NCBI RefSeq assembly: GCF_009834535.1
Contig: NC_045705.1
Span: 62,992,001-63,056,000 of the forward strand
Source: Camelus ferus
Lineage: Eukaryota
Reading direction: 5' to 3'
Length of the DNA: 64,000 bases
The translations under genes were made by a program, and so were the position numbers. The notes under the pieces are model-generated. The model made no database searches. It was not told the DNA's origin and worked only from the letters and a program-made list of their open reading frames with translations. Of this stretch, positions 12,601 through 22,959 are shown one piece after another (within the stretch, counting starts at the first letter, position 1; each line of letters starts with the position of its first letter).

Positions 12601-12997
12601 GAGATCCCTGCCCTGGGGTCCCGTAGCACTGGCACCTCGGGGACACTGGTGCTGGGGACCCAGGGGTGCCTCTGAGGGCACTGCGGGGGCAGCGGCTCCT
12701 CGCTCCGCCAAACACGTTGTCCTTGGGCTGCTAGGGGGTGGAGGGGGAGGTCCTTGTGGGGACACTGCGAAGCCGGCGCCTGGCATCAAGCTTGGCAGTG
12801 CCCGGACTGCGGGGGGCCGGGGTCCCAGCTGCTGCAGCTCCAGCCCGCGCCCCCGGTCTGGGATGACCCTGAATGGGGGAGTCCGTGCGGCTCTGGTGGA
12901 CAGCAGCCCCAGGCTGGGGTTCCGAGACGGCGCCCGGCGCTGCCGCCGTGCTGCCCGCCGGTGCGGGGCGCCCCAGCCCGTGCGGGGCCGCGCTTAC

Positions 12998-13028
12998 CTG
13001 GGCTGGCAGCCTCCGGGTCCCGGTACAT
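12998..13028 (-). CDS. SYT7: Synaptotagmin-7, first coding exon (31 nt, MYRDPEAASP + first base of Gly codon, phase-1 donor)
   Basis: The minus strand reads gggaccATG TAC CGG GAC CCG GAG GCT GCC AGC CCA G|gtaagc. The peptide matches the N-terminus of mammalian SYT7 (MYRDPEAASPGAP...). The ATG has A at -3, the donor is consensus CAG|GTAAG at 12998/12997, and the exon lies in a CpG island. Confidence 0.95.
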
Positions 13029-13088
13029 GGTCCCCTCGTCGCCGGCTCGCTCCGGGCTCTTCAGAGCCTCCCGCGGCCGCGCGTTGCT

Positions 13089-13228
13089 NNNNNNNNNNNN
13101 NNNNNNNNNNNNNNNNNNNNNNNNNNNNNNNNNNNNNNNNNNNNNNNNNNNNNNNNNNNNNNNNNNNNNNNNNNNNNNNNNNNNNNNNNNNNNNNNNNNN
13201 NNNNNNNNNNNNNNNNNNNNNNNNNNNN
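13089..13228. other. Assembly gap (140 N)
   Basis: Run of n in the sequence, inside the CpG island. Confidence 0.99.
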
Positions 13229-13248
13229 CCGCCGCCGCCGAGCCGCGC

Positions 13249-13390
13249 NNNNNNNNNNNNNNNNNNNNNNNNNNNNNNNNNNNNNNNNNNNNNNNNNNNN
13301 NNNNNNNNNNNNNNNNNNNNNNNNNNNNNNNNNNNNNNNNNNNNNNNNNNNNNNNNNNNNNNNNNNNNNNNNNNNNNNNNNNNNNNNNNN
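13249..13390. other. Assembly gap (142 N)
   Basis: Run of n, separated from the first gap by 20 nt (ccgccgccgccgagccgcgc). Confidence 0.99.
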
Positions 13391-14653
13391 CGCAGCTGCC
13401 ACCGCCGCCGCCACGGCCACCCGCTGCTGCCCGCTGCCGGCCGCGCGCTGCACTGCAGCCCGCTCCCGCCGCCGCCCGGAGCCGCCCCGAGGGCACCGCC
13501 GCCGCCCCGTGCCCCGCCCTCCCGCAGCCCCCGCGGGGAGGGCACGGAGCCCTCCAGCTGAGCTCTTCGAGCCTGCGGGTCCTGCCGCACTGCGCGACCC
13601 ACCCGGCCGGTGCGCCCCTGATGGCAACTGCTTCGAACCTGGCAGGGCGGCGGAGCCGGCCACCTCCTCCGAGGTGCCCTTTGACTCCGTTCCAAAAGGC
13701 GTGGAAATCCACTTCGGGTTTTCCGCTCGGTGACGGTTAGAGGGCGTCAGCTCGGGACTCGACAGCCCGGCAGTCCAGGGAAGGAGAGCTGGTGTGTATA
13801 AAAACCAGGATTGGATTTCGCCAGCGCAGAGCCTGGGTCCGCTACTCTGGCCAGCCTGAGCTTGCACATGGTTGGAGTCAAAAAGTCTAGGATATCCTCC
13901 CTCGGTGTGGGACTAGGCCTAATGACCCTCTCCACTTAGCCCTACGGCACAATAGACGAAAACAGCTTTCAGCCTCTGTTACTACTTCTCTCGAACCGCT
14001 CCAATGCACCCTGCCTCCTTTTCCTTGACCCAGCACTTCACTGGGTAAGAAGGAAAAGCCTCCTTCCCCTTCCAGCCCTGGAGCTCACTTGGCCCTCTCT
14101 GCTCCTCTGTCAGCGCAGCACAGTCCAAATCCAGTGAACCCTCATTCTCCTTTTTCTACAGAATTGGGACTGTTTGATTCTCGGGCAGGAAAGAGAAGGG
14201 GGCCCTCCTCCTGGGGCTTTTAAAGGCCTGGAACTGAACAATTGGTGGTTTCAGGTACAGAGACATCCCTGCACACACCTATACACCTGATCCACTACAC
14301 TACTTCCTCCAAGCACGCCCCCCTCCAACACACACACACACAAATACACCTCCCACACAGCAAGATACAGACACAAGTGTCACACAATACAGGGCCTGCC
14401 CCTACCCTGAACTGAAGGGGATAAGTAGGAAGGCAAAAGCCTAAGGCCTGCCGCAGCACCTTCCCCTCCCCTCCACTAAGGATGCAGTTCACAGGTGAAC
14501 CAGGCTTTCCCAGAGTCAAAGATTCCTACTCTCACCCCAAGAAACCGACTTTATACTGCACAGCGCATATCCAGCCACACCTCCCCCTTCCCATAGGGCA
14601 GCAGGCAGCCAGCACCCACAGGGACAAGCCTCCCTCTCAAGTCTCCCCCAACA

Positions 14654-14657
<4 letters not shown>

Positions 14658-14690
<33 letters not shown>

Positions 14691-14731
14691 ACACACACAC
14701 ACCCCATCCCCTTGAACTCACATGGAGCCCA

Positions 14732-14780
<49 letters not shown>
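14658..14780. repeat. Compound (CA)n microsatellite: interrupted (CA)~22 at 14658-14702 and perfect (CA)24 at 14733-14780
   Basis: Read directly from the sequence. Confidence 0.97.
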
Positions 14781-14781
<1 letters not shown>

Positions 14782-15859
14782 TCACCTCCACCCACAGCTT
14801 TTCTGGTTGAGAAACAGACAAGGAAATTCCCCCGAGCAAACCTCCATGAAGACTGTTCCGGTGAACAGATTTCCTTGGATTGAATGTTCTAATTAAAAAA
14901 TGGAAGGAAAAAAGGCATCTGTGGGTTCTATCCCATAATTCCTCAGTGGCCAGAAATCTCAGCTCCTCATCCTCTGGTCAAGGACCATTATGTTTCATGC
15001 ACCCTGCAGCCAACCTCACCCACAGGCAGACAAGAATTCAGGTGCTATCTACACACCCCTTTTTGGCAAACACCAGAAGGCCTGGAACTCCAAGGTCTCC
15101 AGGCTGGGCTTGTTCCTCTCCCACCTCCAGCTGCCTCTCTCACTGCTCTAGTGAAGAGCACCCCATCTCACCCCTACCCCTTCCATCCCCTTGCCCACAC
15201 CCCTGTCATCAATGGGCACCACACAGAAAGGCTCCGGGTTCAGGAATCTCCCCACCCATCGACCTGAGAATCCAGAAGGGAGACAGCAGAATTCATCACT
15301 GCAACACAACAGATTTTTATAAGCATCTAAAATCATGGAGTTTATCAGAGTTTGTGGGGAGAGGACCTCTGAGAGATGACCCAGGCCACCCCTCAGGTGA
15401 CAGATGGTGAAGACCAGGCCTCTAGATGGGAAGTTAAGGCCCAGAGCTAACAGCCCAGGGAGCTGGTGAGAGAACCAGGAATAGAACCCAGGGTCCTGAC
15501 TCCCAGCTTTACTAACCACTGTGAGGTTCATGAGAAGTCCCAGTATTGCTCCCATCTGAGAGCTTACAGCCTTTCCCTTACAAAAATAAAAATCCCAATC
15601 TCATTCACTGCCAGCAGGCATTAGACAACCACTATTCCAGAATGCCAGAGCTGCACAGTCCCTCAGATATACATGATAAACCTCGTGAGATATAGTTGTA
15701 GAATCTGAGGCTCTGGGGCATTGGGAATCTTGGGTAGCCTTTTATTTCCTACCTGCATCATTGACATAGGAAAAGTGTTAAAGACACCCTTTCCCTAGGC
15801 CTCAGTCACTCTGTCCAGGGGAGGTAGAGTCATCGGAAAGAGGAAAGAGTATGGATTTA

Positions 15860-16070
15860 TGTGGCTCTGCCATTCATAGCTGTGTGACCTTGGGCAGACT
15901 CCTTGATACCTCTGGACCTCAGTTTCCTCATCCATACAATGGAGATAATAATAACGCCTATTTCCTTTGACTATTACAAAGATTAAATGAGATGATACAA
16001 TTAAAGCACTTAAAATGATACTTGGAGCACAGAACTTATTCTTGATAGGTTTTGAATGCCATTATTATCA
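15860..16070 (+). mobile_element. MIR SINE
   Basis: gctgtgtgaccttgggcag...ctcagtttcctcatccatacaatggagataataataac. Confidence 0.85.
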
Positions 16071-16099
16071 TTTGTTTATCCTTAACAGGGACACCACAT

Positions 16100-16240
16100 A
16101 CTCCCATTCCCATGTTTTGCATGTCAGGGAAGTTCTTCCAGATGTCTAACCTTGAACCCTTATCCTGCATTTGAAGGCTACTTTCTCCTGCTGGGGCATC
16201 ACTGAATGCCAAGCCAACTGTGAGTTCCTATCTTCTGAGT
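16100..16240. mobile_element. L3/CR1 LINE fragment
   Basis: gggaagttcttccagatgtctaaccttgaaccc resembles the L3/CR1 3' consensus. Confidence 0.5.
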
Positions 16241-17344
16241 CCTCATGGAGGACTGAGCACAATGGGGAAATGAAGCCTGGGGGAGTGAGCAGGTCCTCTG
16301 AGAAAGAAGATGAGAGGGTGTGAGTCACCCAGGTTCTGCCCCCCGCCCCGCAAAGGGGAGGGCCCAGGGATTTGGTGTTCTGGCTCTCCCCTTCCCATCC
16401 CACTCTCATTGTCTGAAGCTGCTTGCCACTGTGCCCTGGGTTCCATGACATGGCAGGAAAAGCTAGCAGCACCTGGTTCTCCAGGGACTGTCACAGTGCG
16501 TGCTGTGGACCCCTCAGGACTGTTTCTGATCTGGTGCTGTCTTCAAAGCCCAGATGTCCTGGATCGGCTTTGGGAGGGATGAGAGGCAGGGAGGGACGTT
16601 CTGCCCCTCAGGAGCTGATGCCAGGTCTGCACTCTCCTAAACAGGGCCCCTGGGGCCTCCTAGGCTCCGTTGCTAGGCCACGGCTGGAGGCAGGGCTCCT
16701 AGGTTCTGCTCTGGCCTCCACCTGGCATGGTCTCCAACGCTGCCATCTCTCCACAGCTCCTGTCCCCCCACCCCGCCCTCTTGGCCATGGACTGAATTAT
16801 TAATAAAATGCTGAGGAAGCTGTTTGTACAGCTCACGTGATGGAACAAACACACCTCTCTCCTCACCACCATCCACGTAGCAGGAGACTTGGGCTCAGCA
16901 CCCTCCGGCTCCAGGAGGGGCAGGCTCAGTGATCAGCCCAGCTGGAAGGCAGCTGTAAGAGGGGCAACAGCAGAGCCTGCAGATGTGCCAGACCAGGATC
17001 GATTCTGCCGTCCTGTCCCCGCCGCTACCCACCTCCCCAGTCTTCCCCTTCCTCATCTACAGAGGGCAAGAGTCCGGAGAAGGTAAAAGGGTAACGTTAA
17101 CAGAGGTTGTCTCCCCTGCCAGGATACAACGGCAAACTCCTAGAAGGCAGCTGCAGCCCTCTCTCTGCTCACTCTATCACAGTGGAGACTAAATCAACGC
17201 TTTTCTCCAAACTCAGGAACCCCTGAATCTCAGAGGCCTACTCAGGGGCCACGCTTGTCACACTTCTGCTGGGCCTTGCTTTGGAGGCTTGATGTGAAAG
17301 AGATAGAGTCTAGCCCGAAGCATCCAGGGAAGAATCCTAGACTT

Positions 17345-17470
17345 AAACTCTGGTCCTGCCTCTGCCTCTATCTAGCTGTTTGGCCTTGGCCAGGTACTTG
17401 ACATCTCTGGGCCTCAGTTTTCTCATCCATAAAAAAGGGCTAATAATGGCACCACAGGGGTATGTTAGAA
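17345..17470 (+). mobile_element. MIR SINE
   Basis: ctctgggcctcagttttctcatccataaaaaaggg. Confidence 0.75.
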
Positions 17471-19039
17471 TACACTGGGGAGATGGAAAGGCAAGGGATG
17501 GGTGTCTTTCTTGGCTCCCTGGGGATGACCCCAGGCAGCAAAGACCCTGCGTCAAGCTGACCCTCCATGCCCTGGGTCCCCATACCACACCTTCAGGTCA
17601 CCTTTTATGGGCCAGAAACATTCTCTTGCCAGAAACCCTTTCCCCATTCCCAGCCCCACTCACATCCTTTCTCCCCGTAATCTCCTCCCTATTCTGACTC
17701 TGGCCCTGAGTCTCTCTCTACTTCTTCCTGGTCACTCTGTGCTTGGCTTAGTCCCTCAAACCTCTTGTCACCCCAAAAGATGAACACTAGTGCCCTTTCT
17801 CCTCACCAGCCCCTGTTTGCCACAGCCCCAGCCTCAGTCAGAATCTTGGTCTTGGGCCTCGATGTTGAGACACCTGCTACATCTCTCAGTGCCCCTGAGA
17901 CAGACTGACAGCCACGGGGGCTCGTGAGATGCCCTTAACAGGATGTGCTGTGGAAGCACCTTGGCTTGCCCATTACAAGCTGAGTGACTCATGGTAAATG
18001 ATTCCATCCTTCTAAGCCTCAGTTTACCAGTCTGTAGCACAAGGATGTTGATTTTTAATTTTGATTTGGCCTTGGACTCCTTTGGGAATCTGGTGAAAGC
18101 CATGGACTTCTCCTCCCTAGAATGCATGCATATTCAAATACAGACAAAACATTCTGTCCATAATTGGGTGGGAGAAGGTCCTACAGGTTCCAGATAAAAA
18201 TCCCTGACCCAGAGGTTTACAAGGTCTCTTCCAGCTCTGATGGTCTGAGCCCAGTTCTCTGCCCTACTCACGCTCCCCACAGTGATTCTTGGGTCACGGT
18301 GGGGGTGGGCTGGTGGTCTGTCCAGCACAATTTCTCCATTCTGCCTAAGGGGTCCCCTCCCCCAGCACTCACTGTGGCTGGAGCCAGCTTGCCAGCCTGT
18401 AGCTCCGACTAGCATTTCAATACATTTCAATACATCTCCGAGTCTATTGAACAGGCTTCACCTGCCTTTCAAGGTATTTAAAGGTTCTTTGACCAAATGC
18501 TTTTTGATCCTCTGCTGATGGGAACCAAGCAGAGGCTCTTTCACCATCGCCCCCCTTCCCCCCATATATTAGTGACTAAGAGCTCTTTTGATATTGCAGA
18601 AATCTTCTGTGGTTTGTTCAAAGCCCTGGCCCTTGCGGCCACCTCCCCTAGAGACCCAAGCCGGTCAGCTCCAGCCGCCACCTCCCACCCCCAGCGGTGG
18701 CCTAGTTAATGAGGGCCTCCTAGCGCTAGACGGCTCAGCCTGCAATGGCGGGCCTCTCTGACCCCAGCCCAGATAGTAGAGGGGCCCCTTCAGTCAGGCC
18801 CTGCTCCTACCAGGGAGGCCCCCCCACCCCCGTCCTCGTAAGGGTGTAGTTGTCTACCAGAGTCCGGCGGAACACACCTCTTCTTCCCGCCCAACTGAGG
18901 CTGCATAGACTGGCATGCGGCCCACGGGATCGATTAACCTGTTTCCAGAGTCCACTAAATAACATCCCTTAGTCTGAGGCTGAGAAGGGGAAAATGAGGC
19001 TTTGAGAAGTCTCAGGTACAGGTCTTGGTGTGTGAAGGG

Positions 19040-19620
19040 ACAAGAGCCGGGACCCACCGACTCAAGACCTTCGTCCGCTCCGTAAGCCCCCATCACAGCC
19101 GGCGCCCCCCCCCCCCCCCGCGCTCCCGCTCCCGTTCCTCCAGGGCTGCGCAGAAGGCGCGCCTGGGGTGGGCCCCTGCTGCAGAATTGGAGGGGGGCGG
19201 GGCACGAGGCACCAGGATCAGGGCCGCCAGGCTCTGCGACGGGCGCCCCCAGCGCGGCAGTCCTTCTAGCCAACTTGGACGGACCCACCCATAGCGCCAG
19301 CAGTCGGGCCGGCTGGGGCCGGGGCGGGGATGCGCGTGCGCGGAGGGGGCGCAGCGGAGCCCGCGTGAGCTGGTGAATTACCCGTACCGGAGAGGACGTG
19401 TCGGCCCCGGAGGAGGAGGCGACGCCAGAGGCGCCGCTGCACAGAGCTAGGGGCATGACATGCCCGAGAACTGAGGCCCTATTTCCGAGCACCATCTGGA
19501 GTTCAAGACTGCAGTGGGGGTTGGGGGTCCCTTTTCTTAGCAGGTGAAAGGGTTTATCCGCGCCCAGAGAGCTGTGACTGCCGTAATTGGACGATGCCTG
19601 GCTCTGCGCTTGGGAGGGTG
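19040..19620. promoter_or_regulatory. Second CpG island, promoter-like
   Basis: Dense CpG, GC box GGGGCGGGG (19321-19329), NRF1-like TGCGCGTGCGC (19331-19341) and a poly-C tract near 19086-19099. Confidence 0.75.
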
Positions 19621-19759
19621 ACAGAAGGGGCCCCAGGAGCCCGGGAGCTGGGCGAGTTCAGGTTGCCAGGCCCTCTTCCTCGCTAAAGGCTCTGGGGGCT
19701 GCTCGGTTCCTTGTCCTAGCCAGACCAAGCGCCAGAATCCAGTCCCGGCCCTGTAATAA

Positions 19760-19880
19760 TCATAATAGCAGTAGTCACCATTTATTGAGCTCTGAGGGCT
19801 TGCCAGGCCCAAGTGCCAAATGCATAACACGCATTATTCCACTTAATAGTCACAGCAGCCCAGTGAAGAAGTCCTGATGT
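19760..19880 (-). mobile_element. MIR SINE (3' half)
   Basis: aataatcataatagcagtagtcaccatttattgagc...gcattattccacttaatagtcacagcagccc. Confidence 0.7.
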
Positions 19881-20729
19881 GATCCCCCCGGGGAAGGCAA
19901 AGAGGCTAAGGATCAGAGTGCGTGTGGCACATCTGCAGTCGCACAGCCAGGAAGGGTGAGGGAGGGGGCAGCTCCCCCTCCACCACCTCCTGGCACTGAC
20001 CAGTTCTACAGCCCAAGCACTGCAACCATGGGCTTTACTGCCTTTCACCTTGGGCCTTCCGGAGTCTGGGCAGGCTCCAGGGTCCCTCCTGCCCAGCTCA
20101 CTAGAGGTGCGGAGGGAACAGCAGTGGGGCAGCCCTGGAAAAGAGGGGGAAGGCTGGGGACCACTCCCACCTCTCTGGCTCCTCCATTTCCTCCTGGATC
20201 TCCTCTCTTCCTTCTCCTGTCCCCCCACAATTGCAGGTGTCCCCCAAGGTGTGCCCCTAATGGGTCCTTAGTCCCATTTTCTTTCTCACCCACACTCTCT
20301 CCTTCATGAGCTCATCCACTCTCAGGACCTCAGCTTTTGCTTCAGCCCAACTCCCAGCTCTGTCTCTGGGGCCCTGACCACCCTCCCAAGCTGGCATCTG
20401 CCTTCCTAATAAGGCATCTCCACCCAGGTGGAGTGAACTCATGACCTGCCTTGGGAAGCAGCCCCTCCCTGGGATTACACCACACCTGTTAAGACCCCAC
20501 CACTCTCCCAAACTCCAGATCAGTTCCCCAAAGACTCCCCTGCTCTGCCCCCACATCTAATGGGTTTCCAGATCCTTCAGACCCTTTTTCTGAGGAGCCT
20601 CTCACATCTCCATTGCAAACTTGGCATCTGCCTCCGTAAGTCAGACATTCACAGCCCTCACCGCCCTCCTCAGCAGTGGCTCCTGACCAGTTGCTTGCCT
20701 CCTCTATTCCGGTCCAGGGTCCTCCTCAC

Positions 20730-21480
20730 TGATTTTCTGGTAATCTGATCATTCTGCTCCCAGCTCTCCTGCTCCGAGAACTTCAGTGGCTCCCCACTGC
20801 CTGTGGAGTCAGGTACGAGCAACTTTGCCTGACACAGAGCCCCTCCAGTCTGAGGACTTTGCCTTCCTTGTCTTGTCCAATGCCTTATCTTCAGCTAAAA
20901 ACTGTTTCTGAGTTTCTGCCATGTGTTTCCACCCTTTAAGGCCCGTCTCAAATTCCAGTTCCTCCAGGGAGCCGTCCCTGATTCTCCTTCTCGGTAGGCC
21001 CACAGTACTTCCTCAGCACTACTCTGATGGAATCATCTACTTTAATATTATTTCTACCACCTCTCCAATCCTGCTCTGTGCCCACCATCCCCAACCATGC
21101 AGCAGGTTGGGAGCTCTTTAAAGGCAAGAATAGCGCATTCCTCTCCATCCTCATCTTCCTTCCTTCATTTTAAAATTGACCCATTCAGCAGACACTGTGC
21201 CACTATGTGCTAGGAACTGCATATACAGAACCGCTATTTGGGCTCACCCCTGGGGGTAATTGACATACAGTGGGACAAGTACACTAATGGGGGTATACTC
21301 AGGGCAGCATGTCTTCAGGCTCCCAAGTGCCAGGCCCTTGGCAAGCTTGTCCCCTAGTACTGTCGATCTACAGAAGCAAGATGACATGTGCACAGATGCA
21401 GGTATGAACAAAGTGCTCTGAGACCACAGAAGGCAGAGCAATGACTTTGGCCCTGGGGAAATCCAGAAGCTTCCCAAATG
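20730..21480. mobile_element. Two L2 3' fragments, tail to tail (plus ~20730-21150; minus ~21170-21480)
   Basis: cttcagtggctccccactgcc...ttcctccagggagccgtccctga, then cattcagcagacactgtgccactatgtgctagg. Confidence 0.6.
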
Positions 21481-22959
21481 CCCAGTCCTGGCACCAAATG
21501 GGAGCCTCTTAAATCTTTGCTGAATTAAATTGGATGGAAGAAGAAAGGGGAAATAACAGAGACTGAAGAAGAAAAGGAAGGTTTTGGAGGGGAGGGCAAT
21601 GACTGAGCACTTTCACAACATCTGCCCAAAGTAGCCCTGCCACCCATCCCCGTGGGATGTCTTGTGAACGAATGAGATCATGGATGCTCAGCGCTCTGAA
21701 CTCTCAGGAAGAAAAGAGCTCGCCCCATTCCCACCCACCCCCATATGTATTACATTATTAGTCTGTCTCCATTAGAGCAATAAGTCCTTCTCTCCAGGAA
21801 GCCTCAGTTTCCCCTGGGAAAACCAGATGTATCCTGTGACAACTTGTTTCCCTCTCTGGGCCTCAGTTTCCCCGCTGGCAACATGAGGACATGGGGATGA
21901 GATGGTCCTGAGTATCTCTGGCTCCTCCAAGGAGATGATCTGTAGGACAGGTGTGTCTGACCAAGAGATACCCTCTGACCTCTTCTGCCCACCACACCCT
22001 GGGCTGAGCTCAGGAGTCCCTGTGATGTCACAAAGGCCACTCCCTGTCCTGTTTGTCTTTCTGGTCAAACATGGCTAGGCAGAAAGTGAGGCAAGTGTGG
22101 GCTTTTCAGCCAGAAGTTCTCCTGTAAATCTGGGGGCACAGGCTTCAGGCCTGTGTGCTGAAAAATTCCCCTGTGTGGGGCCCTTCCCACCATCCCAAGC
22201 CTAAGGTCTGGATTCCTCTGGGGAAGCCCCATCCTCCAAATCCCCATGGGCTGTCCCCTGGATGTTCAGAAGTGTTGGGGCACAAGGTGCCCTGGTGAGA
22301 AGGGATGGAGGCTGTAGCTGGAGGGAGAGAGACGCTTGTTCTATAAACCTCCTTTCCCCTCTGAGGTGTGATCCCTGTGTATTCCCTGCACGTGGCTAAC
22401 TCATCACCCCATCTGACCCCATAAGTCAAACACTTCATCTGTGTTCCTACTTGCCCTCTTTTCCTTACCAGCCACATTGAATCTGTGACAAGGCCTGGCC
22501 TTTCCGCATTCCTGGCTACCTCTCCAGTCCTCTTCAATCTCCTCCTAGCCCCGCATCCACTGCCCTAGCCCAGGTCCTCTTGCTTTTCACTGGCTTCCTC
22601 CCTGGGTCCCCTCCTCTGCGTCCAGCTGGCTCCCCTCCCCCCACTGTCCATGGGCACCAAAGCATAAGTGTGACCGTGTCCCTGTTCTGCTCAAATCCCT
22701 CCCGTGAATTTCCATGGCTCTTGGGGAAAAGGTCACTGCGTGCCTGGCAAGCTGGGCCCTTCCTGACCTAAGAAGAGAGGCGAAGTGCTCTCTGAGAGGG
22801 TTCTGAGTAATGGATAGTGTCTGGGTGTGTGTGTGTTTAGGGGTGGGGTGAGGAGGGCGCATTTCAGAGACAGCAAACGGCAAGTGCAAAGGTGGCAGAC
22901 GTGATGGAACCTGGTGGGGGGGAGTCCGAAACCCACCTGGGGTGGGTGTCTAGGGGGCA

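Larger units (their letters stand above)
1..12997 (-). other. SYT7: SYT7 intron 1 (5' part; continues beyond the left edge)
   Basis: Starts at the GT donor (12997). I did not find the expected exon 2 peptide (APSRDVLLVSAIITV..., transmembrane segment) in 1-12997. The region is rich in MIR/L2 relics. Confidence 0.85.
12700..13850 (-). promoter_or_regulatory. SYT7: SYT7 promoter / 5'UTR CpG island
   Basis: Very high GC and CpG density around exon 1, with GC boxes (e.g. CCCCGCCC near 13512) and CCG runs. The TSS probably lies in or near the gaps and cannot be placed. Confidence 0.85.

Noticed and set aside
12347-13867. Several 230-400 aa ORFs on both strands across the CpG island, including 12786..13712 (-), which runs in frame into MYRDPE
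   Set aside because: They span ~280 N of unknown true length, so frame continuity is an artefact. GC-rich DNA lacks stops by composition, and the peptides are low-complexity Ala/Gly/Pro/Arg.
18854-19495. 213-aa minus ORF over CpG island 2
   Set aside because: Low-complexity GC-driven ORF with no recognisable domain. Its candidate donors are phase 0, incompatible with SYT7 exon 2.
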